In this document: positions 46,554 through 57,052 of the stretch, in pieces
Position numbering within the stretch: position 1 is the stretch's first letter
How the letters are laid out: every line of letters starts with the position of its first letter
Notes under the pieces: generated by a model
What the model was told of the DNA's origin: nothing
Database searches by the model: none
What the model saw: only the letters and a program-made list of their open reading frames with translations
Origin: Oopsacas minuta
Taxonomy: Eukaryota; Animalia; Porifera
Direction of reading: 5' to 3'
Length of the DNA stretch: 64,000 nucleotides
Assembly (NCBI GenBank): GCA_024704765.1
Contig: JAKMXF010000111.1
Span: 124,001 to 188,000 of the forward strand
Program-made: the position numbers and the translations under genes

Positions 46554-47014
46554 GTAATTGTGGAAGAACCGGTGTAAGTTTCACATGCTACTACGCTAAT
46601 GCTGCAACCGATGGCCCGCCTTATACTGAAGGCACGCCCTGCGCTTTGTGCACAGGTGAATTCTCCGCTTGCAATAACGGACTAGGTATCGCAGGAGCCT
46701 CAACAGATATGCCTATAACTACAGCCACTACAGCCACTACACCTGATATTACTGACAATCGCAATCACCATCATGGCCATAAGCATCCACCCAAATCCAT
46801 CAATCACGATCATAAAGCATATGATCATACTTATGAACCACATAAACATGGCCATAAACATGGCCATAAGCATGGTATCATGCATGGTAATGATAAGGAT
46901 GATAGGGTTAGAGTAGCCGCTTTTGATGCTCAAGCTAGCTCTGCAGCAAGCAGCAGCATTGTGACACTTCTACTCATAGCATCCATCCTTCTTGTGCTAT
47001 TCCCTTCTCTATAG
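46554..47014 (+). pseudogene. 5'-truncated CAP paralogue 6 (CAP C-terminus plus His/Lys-rich tail plus GPI-type signal), no signal peptide
   Basis: NCGRTGVSFTCYYANAATDGPPYTEGTPCALCTGEF is similar to 45818-45972. Tail NHHHGHKHPPKSINHDHKAYDHTYEPHKHGHKHGHKHG...SSSIVTLLLIASILLVLFPSL. It begins immediately after the second copy of the direct repeat. Confidence 0.75.
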
Positions 47015-47260
47015 ATTATTGTGGTTAATTATACCCTATCCCCGATCAGCATATTTCCATATATATATATATGACCTATTTATTCTCTGTGATTATTTAT
47101 TGGGGAATACTGTATTAAAAGTTTGTCAACTAATTTTACTTATTATCTTAGTTATATAATACGCGTATAATATATAATGCGTTAATACGTGATCTATTAA
47201 TGTATTATCCGTTTAGTTTAATCTCGAAATAGGAGATTTTGACATTTTTAGACTTATATA

Positions 47261-47432
47261 TACAGTCGACTCCGGTTAATCGGACCACTTTTGTCCAGAG
47301 TAAAGTGGTCCGATTATCCGGAGTGTCCGATTAACCGAAAAATGTTAAATATTAATCCTGGATTAGATTAGATTCCGTCCAGGAGAAAATGGTCCGATTA
47401 ACCAGTGGTCCGATTAACCGGAGTAGACTGTA
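47261..47432. mobile_element. Pogo/Tigger-like MITE
   Basis: TIRs tacagtcgactccggttaatcggaccact / agtggtccgattaaccggagtagactgta with TA ends. Confidence 0.8.
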
Positions 47433-50400
47433 TCACATAATTATCAAGTATTATATAATTTGGTCAACTAAGCTGATATTCCTCATTAATAATTCGAGAA
47501 CTTCTGTTTTGATGTAAAATATCTATTGCAGAAATCAGACCAATAGAAGTTACGTCAAATTGTAGATTGAACGTATAAAACGTTTTATACGTAATACGTC
47601 TTCATTAAAAATGTATTAACAGCTTAGCTTATTATTAAGTTTCTTGATAATTATGTAGCAAGAAGACCATCAATCAAAGCTATGACCATCGAAATTATAG
47701 ATAATTATAATCAATGAAATTCCATAATTAGGTGGATACATGTAATTACTGGATGATTCCATTCAAGCGAATTTATATACATTTTAAGAAAGTATTAGTT
47801 AAAATTTATATAAAATCTAGTACAGTCAGCAAATTTTCGAGGAAAAATGTAAAAAAATTGTCTGTCATATAGTTCTTCTCCTACCTATACCATTGTGACT
47901 ATTTCAAGTGCGATCCTCACTTTGTTACAGGCTATTCCCTAGGCATTTTTAGGTTCTTCTGGAAAGTTGAAATTTCCGAGAATTTCACTTATAGAGTCTT
48001 TATAATTAATTGTAAAAGACAAAGTAATTGTTAAGTGCAATTAATGGAATGCTTAATAGCATTCATTTGATGATCTAACTTGCAAACGAGACTCTATCAT
48101 AAATTCTAGCTAACAACACAGACTTCCATCTAATTGAGTTGGTGCTATAGAAGGAGCCTTGAATGCAATTCATCTAAAAGTGTATGAAACCATGTATAAT
48201 GCACAGTACATGCTATAGGCATGAAGGACATGTTAACATTGTGTATAATCACTGTTTTAATGGCCCCTGTCAAATGTATACTCAATTAGGGATTTAAAAT
48301 ATAAAACGATTGGATTAGATCATCGTTTGAGAAGATTCATTGGATTTTCCTTGAGTAACTGGAGCGATCCATTAGCATCAAGTTTCATGGGGTAAGCACT
48401 TCAGTGGGTGCAGTAAGGGTAGTGTCGATATGATATGACCTCTCACAATACTGTTTAAAGATGGAAAAAGTTGCTGTTTTTGGAGATTTTCAGTGAAAAA
48501 TGGAGACTACATATTCCAGTTGTTGGCAAAGTAGAACATTTTCAAAATTATTTGATTTTTGATATTTTACCCTTGAGAAATATTGCAGAGCCAAATGCAT
48601 CCAATCTGCGAATATAATTGACACCAATTTAACCATATATGTATGGATGTCAAGCTTATTTGTTGAATAGACAGCAGCAATATAATTTCATATTCGTAGT
48701 ATGTGTTTACGGGAATCCAACATATTTACTTGTCGTAACAAATTATCATATAAGAGAAATCCAAGCAAATACGTATCTTATCCTTAAAATCAAATATCTT
48801 CAGTTACAATTAACTTAACCTCAATCAGCAAGCCCTTACGCTTCAAATTTTAAATGCTTCATTACAAATGTTGTATATTTATGAAATGATGCAAATTTTG
48901 ATGAACAACTTAAGCCCACCATACACAATGCAACATTATTACATGTTTTGAGGACAATATTGTTGCACCGTGTATGTTACCTTGTTAGATGGAACAAAGC
49001 TATATCGTGTAAGGTTGGCATAAAATATCCATATACCAGTAATATACATTTTTTAAATAGCGAATAAATTCAGGTTTCATGCCTGTGCGAATCTAACAGT
49101 TAATTCTGATGCTAGAATGATAGAATGGTTATCGAATTATTATACATTTAATGGTCATTATAGTTGACACGTTAGGTGGATAATATACTACATAGCCAAC
49201 TATAAAGTCGCCGTCTAAACCAACTGATAAATATCATAAGAGGATCAGCATAAATGGCTAAATATATGTCATACTGAGCTTTGTGGAGGCCAAATATTGT
49301 CTTGTTTCACCAGTATTGTTTCTTAGGATTTCCCCAACAGATAAGTCAGATAATCACATCCTTCTAAGCATCTCAATTTGCCAAACTGTCTTGATTTTGA
49401 TGGGATACTCATATTTTATGTAAATATTGACCTTGTGATTAGAAAGTTGATCAAGCGAATATTAGAATACTCCATTTCCAATCTATAGATAATGGGGAGC
49501 GTTGTAATTATAGAAAGTAATTGTAGAGATGATAACAATTCAAACATCCATAAACTAATTGCTATTCTTTAATGCTTTCAAACTTCTATTTTGTAATACC
49601 ATAATGCTGAACTCGAAATACCAAAACATGCAAAAATAATAGAAACTGAAATATATAATGTCTGAATAATTATTAATATTAAATAATAATTAATTCAATT
49701 TTGACAAAAAATGGGGAATTTTTAGGTCTGATCTTTCTGAAAATATTTTTATAATATGTATATTTCTGTTTAGAATTGTAGTAATTATTACTGAATATTC
49801 TGTTGTTATCAAAATCTTTCCTACTAAAAATATCTGAATATTTTCTTCATAATATATACAACAATAATCCATTTTCAATAACCAGAAATGAAGGAGACCT
49901 CGGTGGAAACATTTTCTCCTCATAAAATATTTCCCGGTATATTTAATATTTTAAATGAATTTGAATGCCAGTTAAATAATAAACAAATAGGATAACATAG
50001 TTCTGTGACAAAATGAAAATATATATATATATCTACTCTATCAGGTTGCTTTTATAGGTTCTGTGGGTAACCCCAATGACATGATAATTAGGTGTAGTAT
50101 TTTGGATTAGATTTATTGCCTTACATATTAAACGATTCAATCTTTCAGAAAATTGTTGGAATTATACTTTAGGATGGGAAATGTTGAATCTAAATACCTT
50201 TCAAAAAGTAGGTTTGAATACAAATGTTAAAGAGTTAGGTAATTATACTTAGCATATTTTCAGCTGTTGTGAAAATTGATGGTTTTCTAATTGCCAATGT
50301 ATTTGCCAAAAATAGACAGTTTTACCATTGTGTTACACGATTTCGGTAATTATCAATGTTTTGGAAATTATTGTTTTAGCCAAATTTTTCAGAGGGAATT

Positions 50401-52402
50401 CACATAATTGATCCTGGATATATCAAAGAAACGGAAATTCGAAAGCTCGATACCAAGACGTGGGCATAGGCTGATAACAGAGAACAAATATAGGTGCCAG
50501 TATCCGTATATGGGCATGATAAATATATTTTTCTTGTACGCAATTTCGCCTTTAAAATTTGCCTTTATAATGCCAGACAGATTGAAGGAAATGCACTACT
50601 TGAATTATAGTGTCTAATTAAATTGTGCTTTAAGCAGAATCCTTAATCAATTGATGATCTAAGTTATATAACATTTTTATCAAATTTCTGATCAATAGCA
50701 TCACGGTTTACCTCTTTGAAATTTTAATGAATTGTGCTTTTCAAGTGCTAGTTATAATCTAAATATGATCTCATAAGGGTGATGTAGTCATTGACGAGAC
50801 TTGTTGTCAGTTTAACTTCCTTTTAGTGCGGTTAATTGGATCCATAAACTTTGAATTGCCCTTACAAATTATATTAAATGATTGAATCATGCTTTGAACA
50901 GTATCATAATGTCCACTAACTTCTACGTAGGAATATGTTTTTTCGAAATTCAATAGTTAATTGCTAATTATACGTACTAAAGGTAGGAGTGTGAAAACTA
51001 GCTATAACTGGGAGAATTCAAAGTAACCTGGAAAATACCCTTGAATTTTCCCGAAAATTATTCTTGTTCATTCTAACCCGGTACTTTTCATTAATATGTA
51101 TCTATTCGCTTGACTTTTATTCTTGGCAATAGTTTGTCTGTGTTTTTTGGAAATTATACAATGAGCTCGGCTTCAGAATCAATTTCATCGTGGTCAGGCT
51201 AAATATAGGCATCAAGCCCGTTTCCTTCCAGAATTTATTGATAATAATTTATACTTTTGTTATTCATAACATACGTTTTGAAAGGAAAAGCGTTACTTAC
51301 CCAATTTCATTGAATTCTTCATCGAATGAAAAAGTCTCACATAATCATCTATTTATGATTTATGGCTTTCAAAGTTTGTTGTAACTAGTTTGCATATTTT
51401 CTTGGTTGCTATGATGTTACTACGTAGCTATCAGTCTAATCGTTCTAAGAGTTGTATGTTTGTAAGGAAGTGCTCAGGCATCTTTGAATCCAAACAAACA
51501 GGTTGAGGCCATACATTCAGGATGCAAACCATCTAATTTATTTTATTGGGGAGAAACTGTAATGATGCATCGATTATTATTGTTACTACGGCTGCCAGTC
51601 GATTTACTTGGGTAAACGAAGGAATTCATTCTATTTAAAATAGCACATATTCAAAAAGCATAAGCAGGTTAGGAATCCAGGGACTCTTAATCTGAAAATT
51701 GTTGAAAATATTTTTCAACAATTTCCAAAAATTGTTTTTGGCGATTCAACATGGAAAGTTTGTGAAAACTCTGAATTTACACTTTCAATCATGAACCTTA
51801 AGCTTTGGAATAGAAAATAGTGGAAACCATTTAATTACACGACATACTTAGTGGGGAGCCTTATAATGATGATCCAACTTTCAAACATCCGCCATCTTAA
51901 ATTCTTATTTGAGACATATTAGTTGGAACATTTTAGCCATTATTTAGATGCTGGCTAGCAATACAAGTAGATGAAAACTTACACAACATTCTTAGGTCAT
52001 ACTTTTATATTTCTTCCAAATTTTGAGAGCCATAGTAATTAATTTTATCTAATCTAATTTGACCAATTCATTGAAAAATGGACAAGATAATAGACAATTC
52101 AAAATTGGAAAGATTCAACCATGAATTAGTGATGGTAGAACTGTAGATCTTCGAAAAGTAATTGATGCATCAGGGGCCATAAACATAAGTAGATGTAATT
52201 TGAATTTATTAAGTAATCTAACTATTAATCAATATTTATCAATATTTCTAAAGAAATAATATTAGGAGAAAATTTACTAAATGAGCATGTTATTAGTTTG
52301 TAAATCTCAGTTACTATAGCAATCTAACATTTTCCAGCCTATATACTTATTGAGCTTGAGCTAGAGAGTGTGGTAGGGTAAGAGCGAAAGTAATTGGTGG
52401 CA

Positions 52403-54898
52403 TCACTTTGGAGCTGAGCAGAACACCTTAATACATATCTTAATCGCGTACTTTTGATATTGAAACATTTCACAGCATTTTTCAAACATTAATTTATTAT
52501 GGCATTTTGGAGTGGATGGAGTAGTATTTGGAACTTCGGTAGTGGTTTCTGGTTTTTCAGTAGTCGTCACTTCAGTAGTAGCGGCTTGTTCGGTAGTAGT
52601 AGGCACTTCCATGGTAGTAGTAGGTTGTTCCATAGTAGTGGCAGGTTGTTCCATGGTAGTAGTAGGTTGTTCCATAGTAGTAGTAGGTTGTTCCATAGTA
52701 GTGGCAGGTTGTTCCATGGTAGTAGTAGGTTGTTCCATAGTAGTGGCAGGTTGTTCCATGGTAGTAGTAGGTTGTTCCATAGTAGTGGCAGGTTGTTCCA
52801 TGGTAGTAGTAGGTTGTTCCATAGTAGTGGCAGGTTGTCCCATGGTAGTAGTAGGTTGTTCCATAGTAGTGGCAGGTTGTTCAGTAGTGGTAGTAAGTTG
52901 TTCCATAGTAGTAGTAGGTTGTTCATTAGCAGTAGTAGGTTGTTCCATAGTAGTAGTTGTAGGTTCTTCAGTAGTAGAAGGCTGTTCCAAGGTAGTAGTA
53001 GTAGGCTGTATCATAGTGGTAGTAACAGGTTCTTCAGTAGTAGTTGGTGTTGTTTCAGGATGGGTTGGGTGTATTGGGTGTACAGTAGTTGACGGAGTTG
53101 TAGAAGGGTGGGGACAGAAGATTTTTCGACATATCAAAATTTCATCGTCATGATAGAAAAGCTCTCTGCATATGTAGTATAAGAATGAATGGTGACAATG
53201 ATAGGGTGGAGTAGTAACTGTAATAGGTTGTTTGGTAGCAGGTTGTTCCGTAGTAGTTTGTTCAGTTGTACTTTGTTCCGTAGTAGTTTGTTCAGTTGTA
53301 CTTTGTTCAGTTGTACTTTGTTCAGTAGTAGTTTGTTCAGTTGTATGTTGTTCAGGTTCGGTTGTTTGTGGCTTAGTGGGAGGATATTCAGAACAGAAGA
53401 ATAGTCGGCATAGAACTTCAGCATCATCGTATTTCTTAAAGAATATCTTACATTCTTTGTACATAGCTTCATTTAGACAAGTTGCAGATGTAGAAGGTAC
53501 TTCAGTAGTAGTTGAAGGCAGAACTGTAGTAGTACTAGGTTGTTCTGTAGTTTCGGTAGTATGTGGTTGAGTTGTTGGCATATTTGTGGTAGATTGTTGA
53601 GTCGTAGTTTGAGGCTCAGTTATAGGTTTTATTGTGGTTTGTGGCGTTGTTGAGGGATGAGGGCAGAAGATTTTTCTACATATTGCGTTATCGCCCTGGA
53701 GGAAATGGACGCATAATTTGTACCAGAATGGCCTGTAACATGAAGGTGGTATAGTGGGTTCTTCAGTTGTTTTTGGCTCAGTTTGAGGTTTCTCTGTAGT
53801 AGTTTGTTGTTCGGTTGTAGGCTGTTGAGTAGTTGATTGTTCAGTAGTAGGTATTTCGGTGGTGGATTGTTGAGTTGTAGGTTGTTCTGTAGTTTGAGGC
53901 TCTGTGTTTGGTGCTTCAGTTGTAGGAATATTCGTAGTAGTAATTTGGTGGCAGAAAAATTGTCTACATAGTATTTCAGCATTTTCATACTTATTGAAAA
54001 ATTGAGTACATTCTTTATACATCCAGAGGTTGTAGCAGGTAAAGGGTGTTGTTTTAGGCACTGTAGTTGATTGTTCTGTTGTTTCTGCTTGTGTAGTTGG
54101 TTGTTCTGTGGTTTGAGGCATGGTGGTTGGCATATTGGTAGTTACAGGATTTTGAGCTGTTGGTTTTCTGCAAAAGAATTTTTTGCAAAGCATTTGACCA
54201 TTTTTGTGATGTTGGAATAATTCCATACATTCATTGTACAATGCTACGTTATAACAATTAGGTAGTGGTGTAGGAGTAGTTTCAGTTGTTTGAGGGTTAG
54301 TTTTCGGTTGTCCAGTAGTTGTTGGCATATCACTTGGTTGTTCAGTAGATACTGGTCCGCTGTTTGTAGGTTGTCCAGTAGTCTTTGGCATTTTACTGGG
54401 TTGTTCAGTAGATACTGGTCCGCTGTTTGTTGGTTGTCCAGTAGTCTTTGGCATATTACTGGGTTGTTCAGTGGATACTGTCCCGCTGTTTGTAGGTTGT
54501 CCAGTAGTCTTTGGCATTTTACTGGGTTGTTCAGTAGATACAGGTCCGCTGTTTGTTGGTTGTCCAGTGGTCTTTGGCATATTACTGGGTTGTTCAGTGG
54601 ATACTGTCCCGCTGTTTGGAGGTTGTCCAGTAGTCTTTGGCATATTACTTGGTTGTTCTGTAGTCTTAGGCTTGTTAGGTTGCATAGTTGTGCCTGGTTG
54701 CGCCGTAGGATTGGACTTAGTTGGAGGCACACTTGTCTTAGAAGGACAAAATTGGTTTATAGGAGGTTGATCTGCCTCAATAATATCAACCCTTTTTCCA
54801 TCACTTTCTCCCTCTTTTCTGATATCAATATTCTTCGTTCCCCCAGAAAATACGAATAATATAAGGAATAAAAATATTACCTTTACCATAAACTTCAT
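52403..54898 (-). CDS. Secreted Thr/Pro/Gln/Glu-rich mucin-like protein (831 aa, intronless) with six 4-Cys modules
   Basis: Single long ORF with signal MKFMVKVIFLFLILFVFSG, tandem 20-aa, 5-aa and 7-aa Thr-rich repeats, six C-x8-C-x10/13-C-x4-C modules, and no C-terminal hydrophobic anchor. Confidence 0.85.
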   Translation of the reverse strand: MKFMVKVIFLFLILFVFSGGTKNIDIRKEGESDGKRVDIIEADQPPINQFCPSKTSVPPTKSNPTAQPGTTMQPNKPKTTEQPSNMPKTTGQPPNSGTVSTEQPSNMPKTTGQPTNSGPVSTEQPSKMPKTTGQPTNSGTVSTEQPSNMPKTTGQPTNSGPVSTEQPSKMPKTTGQPTNSGPVSTEQPSDMPTTTGQPKTNPQTTETTPTPLPNCYNVALYNECMELFQHHKNGQMLCKKFFCRKPTAQNPVTTNMPTTMPQTTEQPTTQAETTEQSTTVPKTTPFTCYNLWMYKECTQFFNKYENAEILCRQFFCHQITTTNIPTTEAPNTEPQTTEQPTTQQSTTEIPTTEQSTTQQPTTEQQTTTEKPQTEPKTTEEPTIPPSCYRPFWYKLCVHFLQGDNAICRKIFCPHPSTTPQTTIKPITEPQTTTQQSTTNMPTTQPHTTETTEQPSTTTVLPSTTTEVPSTSATCLNEAMYKECKIFFKKYDDAEVLCRLFFCSEYPPTKPQTTEPEQHTTEQTTTEQSTTEQSTTEQTTTEQSTTEQTTTEQPATKQPITVTTPPYHCHHSFLYYICRELFYHDDEILICRKIFCPHPSTTPSTTVHPIHPTHPETTPTTTEEPVTTTMIQPTTTTLEQPSTTEEPTTTTMEQPTTANEQPTTTMEQLTTTTEQPATTMEQPTTTMGQPATTMEQPTTTMEQPATTMEQPTTTMEQPATTMEQPTTTMEQPATTMEQPTTTMEQPTTTMEQPATTMEQPTTTMEVPTTTEQAATTEVTTTEKPETTTEVPNTTPSTPKCHNKLMFEKCCEMFQYQKYAIKICIKVFCSAPK
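52610..52960 (-). repeat. Coding 21-bp tandem repeat (TTMEQP[T/A]), roughly 16-17 units
   Basis: Repeating ggttgttccat(a/g)gtagt(g/a)g(c/t)a on the + strand. Confidence 0.9.
54310..54660 (-). repeat. Coding 60-bp tandem repeat (STEQPS[N/K/D]MPKTTGQPTNSG[T/P]V), about 5 units
   Basis: Read directly in the ORF translation and the DNA. Confidence 0.9.
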
Positions 54899-56632
54899 TT
54901 TAGATCTGTGAATAGGCGGGGAATTGATTTATTTTACAAATTTGTCCCTATTCAATCATTTATATATCTTTGTTCATAAAACCCATGTGGGTGAGAATTC
55001 GACAAAAGTTCATGCTATGAAATTGAATAGTTCATTTCAAAAGCCCATCATTTCTATTCATCAATTATTTCGCCTCTTTCGACTTCAATCCCTTATAAAT
55101 GATTCATTCAGCCATATTATGCCATTGTTTTACTCAAAATAAAACGGGATTATCTTCAAAAAAGAATGTATTTTAGCATTTCTTTCAATAATTTTGGTAC
55201 TATTTTTTATCCTTTGAATCTGGCATTGGACATAATCACTAATTTTCTCAACTCCAAGTGTTGTTAGTTTCCACGTCCTTTGTCCAGATAATAAACTCTA
55301 GATTCCACACATATGTACAGGATTCTCGGGATTATTATTTTGAATTGAAGGATATTATTATTATTTTTAAGCTGGCTATCAACACGAGCGGGGCAACCAG
55401 GTTAAATGAGGTTTTACGTTATTTCTATTACAAAATTCAACATCAATTTATAGTTTTATACATAACTTGTCAAATAATATACTAGTGTCCAGGATCTTGT
55501 CCAGGAACTTTGAAAATTACGTGGATGCGAATGCTCAAGTGTACAGGATTTAGACATAAACATGCTGGTACCCTAATATACCCAATTTTCTCACATGTGC
55601 CTATAAACTTTTGTAAACGGTAGAGGGATTAGTTTGTTAGTCTTACGCATTGGCGACTAGGCACACGAGTCTGGGTGGGTGAAGATCATGTCATTCCCAC
55701 CAGCCCTATACTTTTTGTATTATGGTGGGGTCGAATCTAGGTGGGCACCAAAATGGCCCTAATTACCCTAGTCTATAAATCTTACGTACGAATTCTAATG
55801 TTTACTTGCCTGAGAGTTTATATTTTTCCGACCTGACAACTCTTAAGCCGTTGTGGTTCTCACGATTTTGCCAGTCCAAACTTTCGAATCCTTGGTGTTT
55901 ACATGGTGAAATAGTATGTACATATTTGCCATTAAGAGTTTGTGAAAAAAGTTAGGCAGAACTGACAGAAGACTGTGTTTCCATGGGACATGGCTACTGC
56001 AGCCCTGTCCAACCAAAATTAGTTTATTTCTGATTTTGACTTGTTGTCGAGAAACAACCTTCGACGAATATCTAATCGGTGATGCCAGATCATGAACAAA
56101 GATATTATATATTTTTGGTTTTGGTATGAACCCTGAATTTTGCATGAACCGTGAATTCCGTAGATCACGCATGAACTTTTTGGCAAATAATCTGGAAACA
56201 CTGCTAAAGCGTCCTAAGAACAGAATCGTACCGCTGTTTGGTATGCTGGAATATGACCAACGTAAGACGGCTGTTCCTAAGAGACCACATAATCTCGAGA
56301 CTTATATTATATTCTTTAGTAGGGAGTATAGGGATTCCGCACGTGGAAAAGGTTGGGAACCGCTGGTCTAAGACTAAAGAGGAATTTCTTTGGACTAAAT
56401 CGAACTAATGAGCCCGGTTTATACTACCTGTGTAAGGCCACTGTTAATGAGAAACTTGTTTCAGCTCTACATTAGATCCACTTGACATTCATGCGGGCGG
56501 GGGGTTCCTTATCATTACCTCATTATTTTGTGAGATATCAGCTGGAAAATTGGTTCATTGACTTCATTCATAAAAATATTATAATTAATAAAGTCAAATT
56601 TGATATGAGAATAGGCTAGACTATGAATAAGA

Positions 56633-56872
56633 TACCGTAAACTGGGGCTACTTTGTCCCACTGGGTTTGCTTTAGCCCAAATATCAAAGTTTCAAAGAAA
56701 CTAGATTAGATTCAGTATTATACTTGAAAATTACTTGCCAAAACTTTAACGAATTTTCATATATCGATAGACAATTTCGAATACAAATACAATATCTATT
56801 CGATACGTAAGCAAATTTCAATATTTGGGCTAAAGCAAACCCAGTGGGCCAAAGTAGCCCCAGTTTACAGTA
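56633..56872. mobile_element. MITE with about 55-60-bp terminal inverted repeats and TA ends
   Basis: taccgtaaactggggctactttgtcccactgggtttgctttagcccaaatat ... atatttgggctaaagcaaacccagtgggccaaagtagccccagtttacagta. Confidence 0.8.
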
Positions 56873-57052
56873 CTTCAATTGACTCTAGCCAATTTATACA
56901 CCTTTTTAGTTGAATACATTGAATAAATGATGAAATAATGACAATATTAGTGGGGTAGCCAAATCAGATGCGGCAGTGGAGCTGAGTCATGTTTCCAACT
57001 AACAGTAGCCTAATTTTTATTTCTCACTAGCTTGACTCCTTCTCGATCCACT

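Noticed and set aside
45817-46554. Alternative splicing from the AG|GTAATT site in CAP5 to the headless fragment to give an alternative tail
   Set aside because: Joining GAA G to TAATTG... shifts the frame and reaches a stop within a few codons.
52499-54859. Multiple overlapping ORFs on both strands within the mucin gene
   Set aside because: Stop-free by-products of the tandem repeats, with no independent signals.
55977-55992. RFX X-box upstream of the inversin-like ciliary gene (gtttccatgggaca)
   Set aside because: The right half-site deviates from the GYAAC consensus and it lies about 1 kb from the ATG; too weak to call.
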